A DNA stretch of 64,000 nucleotides from contig NC_043016.1 in assembly GCF_006345805.1 (NCBI RefSeq), positions 10,540,001-10,604,000 of the forward strand, written 5' to 3'. The notes under the pieces are model-generated. The model worked only from the letters and a program-made list of their open reading frames with translations. It had not been told where the DNA came from and searched no databases. This document shows, in pieces, positions 12,276 through 25,113 of this stretch; positions within the stretch are counted from its first letter, which is position 1, and each line of letters begins with the position of its first letter. The DNA comes from Octopus sinensis (lineage: Eukaryota). A program made the translations under genes and the position numbers.

Positions 12276-12900
12276 CCCTTAAAGCCATTAACTTTTCAGT
12301 ACCATCTCTTAGATTAATCCGCCGAAATTGCAAGGATGATCCGGTTCTGACTGAAGATTAGAGGCTTCGAATGACCCGTCCGTTTTTGTGTCGTCTATTT
12401 GAGTATTTTGCGTTCTTGTCCATTTTGTATTTTTTTATATATATTTTTTTATATATATATATATATATATATTATATTATATATATATAATATATGTGGT
12501 GTGTGTGTGTGTATGTAGCAAAGTGAAGTTGTAAGGTACTGCACGAGTGGAATTATATATGACAGAAGGTTTGAAAATGCAATTTTAAAAGATGTTTATT
12601 CACTTGACCAGTTTCACTTATTTAGAAAAAGATTGTCAAAAGTAACATGTAAAAGCTTTGTTGTGTTAAATACTGGTTTTCACAAAATATTACAATACAT
12701 ATAAACATTCTTTGATAATACCCTTAAAGCCATTAACTTTTCAGTACCATCTCGTAGATTAATCAGCCGAAATTGCTAGGATGATCCGGTTCTTGACTGA
12801 AGATTAGAGGCTTCGAATGACCCGTCCGTTTTTGTGTCGTCTATTTGAGTATTTTGCGTTCTTGTCCCATTTTGTATTTTTTTATATATATTTTTTATAC

Positions 12901-12934
<34 letters not shown>

Positions 12935-13318
12935 AGCAAAGTGAAGTTGTAAGGTACTGCACGAGTGGAATTATATATGACAGAAGGTTTGAAAATGCAA
13001 TTTTAAAAGATGTTTATTCACTTGACCAGTTTCACTTATTTAGAAAAAGATTGTCAAAAGTAACATGTAAAAGCTTTGTTGTGTTAAATACTGGTTTTCA
13101 CAAAATATTACAATACATATAAACATTCTTTGATAATACCCTTAAAGCCATTAACTTTTCAGTACCATCTCGTAGATTAATCAGCCGAAATTGCTAGGAT
13201 GATCCGGTTCTTGACTGAAGATTAGAGGCTTCGAATGACCCGTCCGTTTTTGTGTCGTCTATTTGAGTATTTTGCGTTCTTGTCCCATTTTGTATTTTTT
13301 TATATATATTTTTTATAC

Positions 13319-13352
<34 letters not shown>

Positions 13353-13555
13353 AGCAAAGTGAAGTTGTAAGGTACTGCACGAGTGGAATTATATATGACA
13401 GAAGGTTTGAAAATGCAATTTTAAAAGATGTTTATTCACTTGACCGGTTTCACTTTTTTAGAAAAAGATTGTCAAAAGTAACATGTAAAAGCTTTGTTGT
13501 GTTAGGTACTGGTTGTCACAAAATATTACAATACATATAAACATTCTTTGATAAT
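12276..13555. repeat. Three tandem copies of a 418-445 bp composite unit
   Basis: cccttaaagccattaac occurs at 12276, 12721 and 13139. Confidence 0.9.
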
Positions 13556-13641
13556 AATAACATGTTAAAAAAATTTTTTTGAGAAGTTACAGAAAAAATT
13601 TTTTTTCTGTAAACTGTTTTTAACATGTTCTTCTTCTTCTT

Positions 13642-13708
<67 letters not shown>

Positions 13709-13867
13709 TATTACTATCAAAGAATGTATATATGTATTGTAATATTTTGTGACCAGTAGTACATAACACAACAAAGCTTTTACATTTTACTTTTGACAAT
13801 CTTTTTCTAAAAAAGTGAAACCGGTCAAGTAAATAAACATCTTTTAAAATTGCATTTTCAAACCTTC

Positions 13868-13878
<11 letters not shown>
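13391..13878. repeat. Foldback with arms of about 160 bp around nested hairpins and (TTC)/(TTA)n
   Basis: 13391-13553 is the reverse complement of 13715-13878. Confidence 0.8.
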
Positions 13879-13945
<67 letters not shown>

Positions 13946-14129
13946 GTTAATAATATCATGAAATAAATATCAGAAAATTCTTCAGAAAGATATATACATG
14001 TGTAGAATAATTGTTGTATTAAAATATAAATATATATAAATATGTATAAGTATAAATATATAATAATAAATATGACAGTTTAAAAGTTTTGAATTAAGTT
14101 TTCAAAGCATCTTACAATCGTTTCACAGA

Positions 14130-14599
14130 AGTGTTGTCAATTAAAATATCCTTCTCTACAACACCCAAACATAGGATCTATTATCACCTGTTCTAACAAA
14201 AGGAAAATTAACAAATATAAAAACAGCTGCAATAATAATAACAATAACAACAATGATAACAAGATAATAAGTAGCAATAGGAGTATATATAATACTCAAA
14301 ATACTGGAACACCTAACAATAATATTGATATAACAAAACCCCAGCAAAATTCTAACTACCATACATTTGAAAATATACAAAATGCCTTAGATGATACAAC
14401 ACCACAAGCTAATAAAAATAAAAATAATAATTCACAAACAGGAGTGGCTGTGTGGTAAGTAGCTTGCTAACCAACCACATGGTTCCGGGTTCAGTCCCAC
14501 TGCGTGGCATCTTGGGCAAGTGTCTTCTGCTATAGCCTCGGGCCGACCGATGCCTTGTGAGTGGATTTGGTAGACGGAAACTGAAAGAAGCCTGTCGTA

Positions 14600-14672
<73 letters not shown>

Positions 14673-15472
14673 GTGTTTTTGTGTGTTTGTGTGTCTGTCT
14701 TTATCCCTCTAGCATTGCTTGACAACCGATGCTGGTGTGTTTACGTCCCCGTCACTTAGCGGTTCGGCAAAAGAGACCGACAGAATAAGTACTGGGCTTA
14801 CAAAAGAATAAGTCCCGGGGTCGATTTGCTCGACTAAAGGCGGTGCTCCAGCATGGCCGCAGTCAAATGACTGAAACAAGTAAAAGAGTAAAAGAGTAAA
14901 CAATAAATGTATCTAACTCTACGATAAATAATACAATAAATTCAATAATTATACCATTCAACACAAATAATCATAACAATAGTAGGCACTACTCATCTGA
15001 ACAGAAATATAAAAATATAAATATAAACTGCTCATGTAAAACTAAAGAATTATGCCCATTAAAAGGCAATTGTAGAAGATTTAACGTAATATACAAATGC
15101 ATAGTTACACTAAGTAATAATTCTCATAGTATACATATAGGTAGTTCCGTTAATTTTAAACAAAGATTTTTAGCACACATACACTCCTTTAAGCTGGATA
15201 TAGCTACTAATACCACGTCATTAGCTACATATATACATAAACTTAAGAAAAACAAAGTTAACTATAGATTAGATTGATCAATAATAGATTCAGCCACACA
15301 ATACACACAGAAATCTAATAGTTACCGTCTTTGTATGAAGGAATCACTATATCTATTATTATATAAGCATAGGAACTTCATAAATTGTCAATCAGAAGCG
15401 CTTTCAACTTGTAGGCATAGATTTTATAAAACCTTTAAATATCATAGGAGATCTAATAAAGATTTAGATTAG
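14130..15472 (+). pseudogene. Penelope-like element linker plus GIY-YIG endonuclease, interrupted by a SINE
   Basis: Manual translation: IKISFSTTP(fs)NIGSII, Asn-rich linker, NCSCKTKELCPLKGNC, VIY, HIG, FKQRF..H..SF, SLATYIHKLK, D*SII, RLCMKES, STCRH. The frame is open from 14900 to 15472 except for TGA at 15275-15277. Confidence 0.8.
14441..14899 (+). mobile_element. SINE family A inserted into the Penelope ORF
   Basis: Full head-microsatellite-tail structure with an aaaca duplication at the junctions. Removing it restores the reading frame. Confidence 0.85.
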
Positions 15473-16139
15473 CGACTATATATATAGGGTTATTTTTTAT
15501 TCTTTATCTTGTGATATCAAAATATAAGGTGATACTTACAAATAGATTGATAGATAAATTAATTAGAATTATTTGACTATACACACATTTACATGACATA
15601 AATTATACATTAAATAAATATTGAATAGGTATTTTTAGAATTAGAACCCTTGCACATCTAATCTATAACAAATGGACAGTTACAATTGCATTAAGTTTAA
15701 AAATTAAAAAATTTAAATTGGCATCTTCCAATTACACAAATATAAAAGAAATACTTTGATCAATTTATAATTATATAATTTCACATACATTTTATATTAT
15801 CTAAATCTATGAACTATATTTGGAATACAGGACAATATATTGGATTTTAGTCATAATTATTATGGATTACTCCAGAAGACTTACCAAGGAGGCATATATG
15901 GATTTCAAGATTCTCATACTAAAGTATATTTACCAAAATCAAAAGCAGTAATTTTTAATTTATATTTCAAAAAACACCATTTTCCCATATTACTTCATAT
16001 TTAAAAACAAAAAACTACCATTCAAAAAATTATACAAATTTCACATTTTATATTTCTGAGGAGCAGATGTGTTGTCTATAAATGCTTATCAATATAGGAT
16101 TCCATTGAGAAGACCTGTTGAGTCAAGTAAAACCAATAT

Positions 16140-16685
16140 CATAGCTGGGGCAGGTGCCCCTGGCTGGCTCCTGTCCTGGTGACATTTAAAAAGCACCATC
16201 TGAATGTGGTCGATGTCAGGTCCACCTGACTGGCTCCTGTGCTGGTGGCACATAAAAATCACCAACCAAATGCAGCCAATGCCAGGACCCCCAGACTGGC
16301 TCCCATGCTGGTGGCACGTAAAAAGCACCATCTGAACGTGGTCGATGCCAGGTTTACTTGACTGGCACCCATGCTGGTGGCATGTGGAAAGTACCAACTG
16401 ATCATGACCAATGTCAGCACCTCTTGACTGGCTCCTGTGCCAGTGGCACATAATGAGCCCCATCTTTTCATGATCATTGCGAGGCCCTCCTGACTGGCTC
16501 CTGTGCTAGTGGCAAGTAAAAAGCACTCACTACACTCTCGGAGTGGTCGGCATTGGGAAGGGCATCCAGCTGTAGAACCATTGCCAGATCAGATTGGAGC
16601 CTGGTGCAGCCGCTGGCTTTCGAAACCTCAGTCAAACCGTCAAACTCATGCCAGCATGGAAAACGGATGTTAAATGATGATGGCA
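16140..16685 (+). mobile_element. SINE family B with expanded internal repeats of about 60 bp
   Basis: About 6 aaaagcacc...gactggctcc...tgctggtggcac units, then the conserved body and gatgatgatg tail. Confidence 0.75.
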
Positions 16686-16899
16686 ACACACACAGAGCTG
16701 CTGAAAAGTTCCTGGTTTTGGGTAAAAGAAAATACAGGAGAATCAACTTATTCCTCTTTCAGATCCACACACTTATTGCAGTGTTCCTTCAGTGTTTTTA
16801 AGCCCTGTGAAAAAAACTTGGAAGGCTGGGCCTCTAACCAGGTCTTTCCTGATACCCTTAAAGCCAGAAACTTTTCAGCTCCATCTCATTTAAAGATTA

Positions 16900-17100
16900 A
16901 TTGTAGTGTCCCTATATTATCCTTTAAAACACATGAGATGTTTGGAAGAGCAATGCAGAGACACTACATTTAACCTATAGAGGAAAAACATCCCTTAGTG
17001 TTGGTGAAAGGATTACAGAACACTGGCAAAAATAGAATGGAAATGTGCAGGCAGGCACCCATACTCTTTCAACATGCTTGAAATGTTAACATGTTAACCA
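16900..17100 (+). pseudogene. Second GIY-YIG relic (Penelope-type)
   Basis: RCLEEQCRDT(fs)LTYRGKTSLSVGERITEHW resembles the C..C-YIGET.R.L.ER..EH pattern. Confidence 0.45.
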
Positions 17101-17299
17101 ATATGTAAAGGCACCTCTTGGTAGATTTGCTATACCAGGTGCTATGTTCCAATGCACATACATAAACTTGAATGGGACTCTTTCCACTTCTGGAAATTGT
17201 ATCCACTCGCTGGCATAATGAGTAAATCACAGCCATGACATAGGCAGTAGCATAAACTTTAGTAGAAAACTGGATTTCTCAGTTCAATGTTTTTCTTCT

Positions 17300-18216
17300 A
17301 ATTTCTTTACTGCTCACAAGAGGCTACACACAAAAGGGACAAACATTGTGCATAAATGGTACTTATTTAATCGACCATGAAAGGATGAAAAGCAAAGTCG
17401 ACCTCAGTGGAATTTGAACTCAGAACGTAGCGGCAACGAAATACCTATTTTGTTCTACTCACAAGGGGCTACACACAGAGGGGACAAACAAGGACAGACG
17501 AATGGATCAAGTCGATTACATCGACCCTAGTGCATAACTGGTACTTATTTAATCGACCATGAAAGGATGAAAAGCAAAGTCGACCTCAGTGGAATTTGAA
17601 CTCAGAACGTAGCGGCAGACGAAATACCTATTTTGTTTACTACTCACAAGGGGCTACACACAGAGGGGACAAACAAGGACAGACGAATGGATCAAGTCGA
17701 TTACATCGACCCTAGTGCATAACTGGTACTTATTTAATCGACCATGAAAGGATGAAAAGCAAAGTCGACCTCAGTGGAATTTGAACTCAGAACGTAGCGG
17801 CAGACGAAATACCTATTTTGTTTACTACTCACAAGGGGCTACACACAGAGGGGACAAACAAGGACAGACGAATGGATCAAGTCGATTACATCGACCCTAG
17901 TGCATAACTGGTACTTATTAATCGACCATGAAGGATGAAAAGCAAAGTCGACCTCAGTGGAATTTGAACTCAGAACGTAGCGGCAGACGAAATACCTATT
18001 TTGTTTACTACTCACAAGGGGCTACACACAGAGGGGACAAACAAGGACAGACGAATGGATCAAGTCGATTACATCGACCCTAGTGTATAACTGGTACTTA
18101 TTTAATCGACTCCAAAAGGATGAAAGGCAAAGTCAACCTCAGTGGAATTTGAACTCAGAACGTAGCAGTAGACGAAATACCGCTAAGCATTTCGCCCAGC
18201 GTGCTGACGTTTCTGC
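17300..18216 (-). repeat. SINE family C plus four head-less tandem copies (period about 184 bp)
   Basis: gaaatac anchors lie at about 17438, 17621, 17806, 17989 and 18174. Only the last copy carries the tRNA-like head. Confidence 0.9.
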
Positions 18217-18392
18217 TATTTTTCTTCTATTATCCTACATGACTGAGGTATGACAGTATGAATTAGTCCTTTTTGAGCATTAACCAATCCATTCGGATGT
18301 CGGCATAAATGCGACGCAGAGGTTCCATCATCAACCAAAGGCTGCACTATTAAAAATACAACCATGGCCCTTTTTCGGAACTATGCTTAGTT

Positions 18393-18624
18393 AAGGCGGC
18401 GAGCTGGCAAAAACGCTAGCACGCCGGGCGAAATACTTAGCGGTATTTCATCTGCGTTACGTTGTGAGTTCAAATTCCGCCGAGGTCGACTTTGCCTTTC
18501 ATCCTTTCGGGGTCGATAAATTAAGTACCAGTTACGCACTGGGGTCGATGTAATCGACTTAATACCTATGTCTGTCCTTGTTTGTCCCCTCTGTGTTTAG
18601 CCCCTTGTGGGTAATAAAGAAATA
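18393..18624 (+). mobile_element. Full-length SINE family C with a 16-bp TSD
   Basis: TSD ggaactatgcttagtt occurs at 18377-18392 and 18625-18640. Confidence 0.9.
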
Positions 18625-19689
18625 GGAACTATGCTTAGTTTACCAAAACAGTTGGTTACTTCTGAGAAACTATGCTGCTAAATCCTACAAGTGCAGACAT
18701 GGCTATGTGGTTAAGAAGCTTGCTTTGCAACCACATGGTTTAGGGTTCAGTGCCACAGCACAGCACCTTTGGAAAGTTTCTTCTACAACAGTCCCAGGCT
18801 GGCTAATGTCTTGTGGGTGGATTTGGTTGATAGAAGCTGCATAGATGCCTGTCCCCTTCCCCACATCTCCCACTCTTCCTTCTCATCCTTGTGAACTTCC
18901 TGCCTACTCACCTTGCCTGATCCTCTGTAACACTTTATTTGTATTGACCCCTGCAGTACCTTGATGGTACACCCCAACACATCTCTGCCATCTTCTCTCT
19001 CTCTCTCTCTCTCACCCTTTCTTTTCCAGCTAGGGCAGCCATCCATTTCCTCTATACCAAGACACTTGTCTTTACCCTGTTCCTACTCTAGTCCCTCATG
19101 GCACAAAGCCCCCCCCCCTCAACACTACTCCCATGCCCTCAGCTGAGGAGTCTTGTCTTGCAAGTTACTTGGTGACCTTGCCAGTGCTGGTGTCACGTGA
19201 AAGCCACCCAGTACCCTCTGTAAAGTGGTTGGCATTAGGAGTGGCTTCCAGTCGTAGAAACCATGCCAAAGCAAAGAGCAGAGCTTGGTACAGTCCTCTG
19301 GCTTGCTGGCTCCTTGCAAACCGTCCAACCCATGCCAGCATGGAAAACAGATGTTAAATGATGACGATGACGATGATGATGATGATGATGATAATGATGA
19401 CATTGATTAGCAACCAGAGTTTGTTTGTTTATGTCTTCACAATTTAGCAGTTCCGCAGAGACTGATATAAAAAATACCAGATTTAAAAAAAAAAAGTTCT
19501 GGGGTTAATTTTCTCAACTTTTCAAGGTGGTGCTCCAGTGTGGTTGCAATTTAATAGATTAAACAGGTAAAAGATAAAAGGTATGCTGACTGAGACAATA
19601 TGTATGACATCTTCTGAACCATACCAAGTCAGTGGTAAAACAATTGGGAAAATGTTCATGTTTGGGTTTTTTTTTTAAATTTATTATTA

Positions 19690-19732
<43 letters not shown>

Positions 19733-21133
19733 GCAATGGATCCTTAGAAAAATGCTTCAGCCACAATATCTGAGACTAAATAAAGTTATTTACTGCACAC
19801 CTTATCAAGGGCCATAATCAGACAATAAATATTAAATGCTTGGAAAATTGCACTTTTTGAGAAAGAGCTCATTTCTACATGTCATCCACTTGCCTGAGGG
19901 ACTGCTGACAATTAAAGACCCGTTGGAACTCCTTCCTCCATCTCAGACTAAACTGAAACGGAATACAAGACCAGGCTGCCATACATATTGACCCAAGCAT
20001 TTGTTATGCTACACAAATGACGTTTGGAAACAATGGCACTCACTTTTGTTAGTAAACCTGTTTTTATTTTTTATCATTTTTTTAAAATTCTAGAGCTTTG
20101 ATTCTTGTGGGCCAAGTATGCAGAAATTGGGCACCTTCCGTGATATTACCAGCCAAATCTTTTTCCAGTGCCCTACAAAGTTAATAGAGCCACTCTTACT
20201 GTTATGTTGTTATTTGGTCACCGGTGTTGTGGTAACATGTGTTGTATTATTAAAGACCACTATCGTGCTGTCTAGCTGGCTGCATGTATGATAAATGTAG
20301 AACCGCATGAACTCTTGACACATTTATTTCTGGACATGATTAACTGCATAGGCTGTTTAGAAAAGAAAGAGGCTGATAATAAAACTGTCAACGGGGAGGA
20401 GAGAACTGTGCTGTGTCTTGTAGAAGGCTAGCTGTGGTGCTTTGTGTGTGTGACTGTCCAAAATCATTTCTTGCTCAAGGTGGTCTGGTCTTAGCAGTCT
20501 GCCCTCTGTGAGTGCCCAGAGTGATCTACGTGAAAGCCTAAGATCATCTGGCTGAGATAAACACCAAACGGTTTTCATAGTGTGAAAAAGGGTAGAATTT
20601 TATATAACCCAAGGAGCCATTGCATGCTGTAGCTTCACATTGATCGATTGATTTATAGGTTAATCATATGAAACTGTAGTGGCTTACTCATGATCCCTGA
20701 CTGAATATCTTGTGGCCGGGGTTTGAATGTCTTACAAGTACTCTACGAAATTAATTTGAGCCACTTTTATCAGCATGACTCGTAATCATATGATTTAAGT
20801 GTTGTTAAGTATGGATCAAATTGCCTTTGTGTGTAAGTAATGAGCAATATTGATATCTGTGACTCAAAGTACGACTTTGCTTTCACTTTGTTGTTGACTA
20901 ACCCTTTCTTGGAAATCTCAAATGTTGTGCTTCACCAACCACAACTTATATTGATTTCTGGGTGGCAAATTTAGACGCTCTGATTTGAGCTTAGTTTTTT
21001 TTTTTTACTGATAACAAAGTAGCATCGAGTTAGCAGTATTCACTTGACAGGCAAACGAATTCACATTATTTTAATTTCCCCCCTCTTTTATATGTGCGTG
21101 TGTGTGTATTAGCGTTACTTTTTGACAGCTTAC

Positions 21134-21264
21134 CGAACGGACTCTTCGAAATTAGTTGCATTTTCTATTTGCGACCATTTCGGACTTGGACGAAAACAAA
21201 AACTCAAATTTTCGACCGTTCTGTACATAGTCTTAGAGCTGCTAAATACTGGAACTTTGTACAT
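21134..21264 (-). CDS. Candidate first exon of a divergently transcribed gene (may be UTR only)
   Basis: Unique CpG-rich sequence. MYKVPVFSSSKTMYRTVENLSFCFRPSPKWSQIENATNFEESV ends at a cg|GTAAGC donor. No recognisable homology. Confidence 0.3.
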
Positions 21265-21664
21265 TCCAAACCACGCACTTATGTAAACAAACGAAACGTA
21301 TGAGGCATCCCACTTGTTTCCTGTGTCAAAACTTTTCACACTTCAATCATATAAACACGCGGGCGCGCGTACAGCCACACGTACAAATTATACATGCATA
21401 TATATATATATATATATATATGCACATTTGCATATACATATAGATAGATACAAAAATACATATACATAATTTTGAGTTAGTCGTACATAAATAATTCCTT
21501 TTATCATGTGTCAAAGATTTTGAGACCTTTCAATAAACGTGTACTTCGCTTTAACTAATTGAGAAGAATTCGCTTTAACTAATTGAGAAGAATTCTGTTG
21601 CACACACACACTCAAATCCATTAAGTTCAGTCTTAAATTGAAACTGTCGCTATTTCAGCTCAAA

Positions 21665-21890
<226 letters not shown>

Positions 21891-22519
21891 CATCCATTCA
21901 CAAGCACATACGTTAACATATAGCTAAAACTTACACGTAGCAAAATACAAACATACATACATACATACTTACACACACACATACATGCATGCATGCATGC
22001 GTATTTTACACATACCTGTCTAAACACTATGTATAGTTGAATGAAATTTAAAAAAAAAATATACAGCAGAAAAAGAAACGGACATATATAAATATGTACA
22101 GGGACTATAAATGAATATATGTATGTTTTTATGTTTATGCATTCATATACTATACGAGTGTGTGTATGTATGTGTGTGTGTGTGTGTGTGTGTGTGCAGA
22201 ACCCTGGAGAATTGTCCCATGACCACGTAGTATGCTAGAAATAACTGCTAAAATTCCCCTTTAAAAATACCTTGCCGTCTTAAATTAAGGGATGGAGAGA
22301 GTGAACGATGGGATGGTGACAGCTCGAAGGTCTTTCATCATAAAGGTTCGCTTCATTGAAGGCTAACCTAGAGCTGAACAGCTACTGCTGCTACAAACAT
22401 CTTTTACCATACACACACACACACTTATATACACTATACATACATACATACATATACACGTACGAGTATTTGTGAGTATGAATATATATATGCAAGACTT
22501 GGCGACAACGATGTTCATA

Positions 22520-22603
22520 CATACTATATGTATGTATATGTATGTGTGTGCGTTAAAACTATGACATTTGCAAGTGTCACGTATATGTGTGTGTATTTAT
22601 ATC

Positions 22604-22635
<32 letters not shown>

Positions 22636-22940
22636 TGTATGTATGTATGTATGTATGTATGTATGTATTTATGTATGTATGTATGTATGTATTTATGTAT
22701 GTATGCGTGTATGTATGTATGTATGTATGCATGCATGCATGTATGTATGTATGTGTGTGTGTGCATGTATGTATGTATGTGTGTATGTATTTATGTATGT
22801 GTGTATGTATGTATGCATGTATGTATGTATGTGTGTATGTATATATTTATGTATGTATGTGTGTATGTATGTATGTGTGTATGTATGTATGCGTGTATGT
22901 GTGTATGTATGTGTGTATGTATGTATGCATGTATGTACAC
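22520..22940. repeat. (TATG)n microsatellite
   Basis: Read directly from the sequence. Confidence 0.95.
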
Positions 22941-23229
22941 ACTGCCGATCTAAGGGTTCGATTCTGATCGATGTATGTTGTGGCTCCTCTTGTCAATTAT
23001 TAAATACTACAGGGCCTCGTTGCATTTATTTGCCCGGGGTTTTATAATGCTACGAAGACAGCACTGTATACAATATGAGTGTATATATATATAATATAAT
23101 ATACATACATATATATATATCATATATATATGTGTGTGTGTGTATGTATGTGTGTGTGGTGTAGGTGTGGCTCGTAATCGACAATCTTCCGCGTATATTT
23201 ATTTACAAACAAAACACTGACTCACACAC

Positions 23230-23275
<46 letters not shown>

Positions 23276-23639
23276 TTGTTTGTGTGAAGTATATATATGT
23301 ATGTGTGTGTGTGTGTGTGTGATGTATATATATATGTGTTTGTGTGTGATGTATACATGTGTTTGTGTGTGATGTATATATATGTGTGTGTGTGTACATA
23401 TTTGCCGAGTATGCTTGTTTGTTGTACATGCGTATCTGTGTACGGCTCTCTCTCTCTCTGCCTTTCTACCTCTCTCTCTCTCTCTCTCTCTGCCTTTCTA
23501 CCTCTCTCTCTCTCTCTGCCTTTCTACCTCTCTCTCTCTCTCTGCCTTTTTACCTCTCTCTCTCTGTCTTTCTACCTCCGTCTCTCTGTCTGTCTCTCTC
23601 TCTCTGTTTTTTTTTATTTATTTGTTTATTTACTCTCTC

Positions 23640-24400
23640 TCTCTCACGCTTACATAAGACGGCGGCGGCTGTGGCGACGACTCGATCGGGTCAGGAGTGT
23701 GGTGGCGATGGTTGTGGTGGTGGTGGAGGAGGGGGGTTTTGGTTTCGTATCTTGTTACTCTTTAATAAGTGACGTGGTTCCGGTTTTGTACGTTTTGCAT
23801 GGTTACAAATTTCGACACAGGCGACGCCGTTCCTCTGTTGTTGTTGTTGTTGTGGTGGTTTTTGTTTATTCTCAGGCGTTTCTGGTCGAGCCGCCTTTTT
23901 TCCTCCTTTTCCCTTTCCTTTCTCCTCTCTTTTCCTCTTTTTCCTTTTCCTCCTGGAGATTTCCCCCCCATTCCCAACCCGCCGTCGGTCCGGTCCGGTC
24001 CGGGTCGTTCGTTCGTAGTAGAGACATGGTGTTCTACGAGCTACCCCAGTACGTGTCCTCGTCCTCCGTCTACATCGCTCTCTACTTGATATTCCTGCAG
24101 CTTCTCCAACACCAAACGCGAAGTTCCTCACACTGGAGACTGGAATCCAAACTTGGGAAAGTGGTTCTCGTAGACAGCGAAGAAGATGGTGGTGGTGGTG
24201 GTGCCGGAGACAACGGCGATTCCGCTTCTTCCTCGTCGTCTTCGGGAGAGAGCGAACACGAAGAAACGGAGGAGATAGACCAGATAATGGAAATACTCAC
24301 TACCAAACTTATTGACAACGAAGGAAGGTGGTCTGTGAATTTACACACTCAGGAAATAAGAGACAACAACCGAAAGAAGAAGCAGTCTGCGTGGAAGTAA
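23640..24400 (+). promoter_or_regulatory. CpG island / 5' end of the host gene
   Basis: Abrupt GC and CpG enrichment in non-repeat sequence, downstream of a (CT)-rich tract at 23445-23645. Confidence 0.7.
24026..24396 (+). CDS. First coding exon of a secreted or membrane-anchored protein, possibly TTC17-like
   Basis: gagacATGg Kozak context; MVFYELPQYVSSSSVYIALYLIFLQLL hydrophobic stretch; 123 codons plus 2 nt, then a GTAAGT donor at 24397. SSSHWRLESKLGKVVLVDS resembles, from memory, the TTC17 N-terminal TTHWVVTEDGKIQQQVDS. The exon is well supported but the product name is tentative. Confidence 0.75.
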
Positions 24401-24470
24401 GTTTTTTATTTTATTTCGTGTCTTTTCCTTTTATTTCTTTGCTTATATATATATATATATATATATAATA

Positions 24471-24669
24471 TAGTCACTTGCACATTGAAAACACTTTTAA
24501 AAGTATGTATACACTTCTAGTACACGTGGATAGTTTTATTCCTTCTATTGGACAGAATCCTTCAACAACATATCTGTCTTTTGATATACTTCCTCCTTAT
24601 ATTATATATATGTGTGTGGTGCATATATATATGTGTGTGTGTGCATATATATATGTGTGTGTGTATAGT

Positions 24670-24702
<33 letters not shown>

Positions 24703-25067
24703 GATGTATTATATGTATGTATATATATGTATATGTATATATGTATATATATGTATATATGTATATATATTATGTATATATATATAATTATGTATGTATA
24801 TGTATATATGTATGTATTATATATATATATGTATGTATATGTATATATATATATGTATATATATATATAACATATATATATACATATTATATATATACAT
24901 ACACATATACATATATATATACATATATATATATATACACATATAATATATATTACATATATATATATATACACATATACATATATATATACATATATAT
25001 ATATATAACATATACATAATATATACATATATATATACACATATACATATATGTATACATTATACAT

Positions 25068-25113
<46 letters not shown>

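Noticed and set aside
12340-12400. CTGAAGA...GTC in the 418-bp unit as a hammerhead
   Set aside because: There is no GAAA, and no stem I or stem II pairing.
15620-15960. Long AT-rich frame downstream of the GIY-YIG ORF
   Set aside because: It has two internal stops and no recognisable motif.
11607-18216. Regular arrays (140, 184 and 418 bp) as CRISPR-like loci
   Set aside because: The units are whole repeated retroposon pieces with no unique spacers, and the context is eukaryotic.
19720-21000. Exons or snoRNAs in the unique-looking block, including the taatcatatga repeat at 20661 and 20783
   Set aside because: All frames have stops, no consistent splice pairs were found, and the C/D-like boxes lack terminal stems. 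An Rfam or RNA-seq check would be needed.
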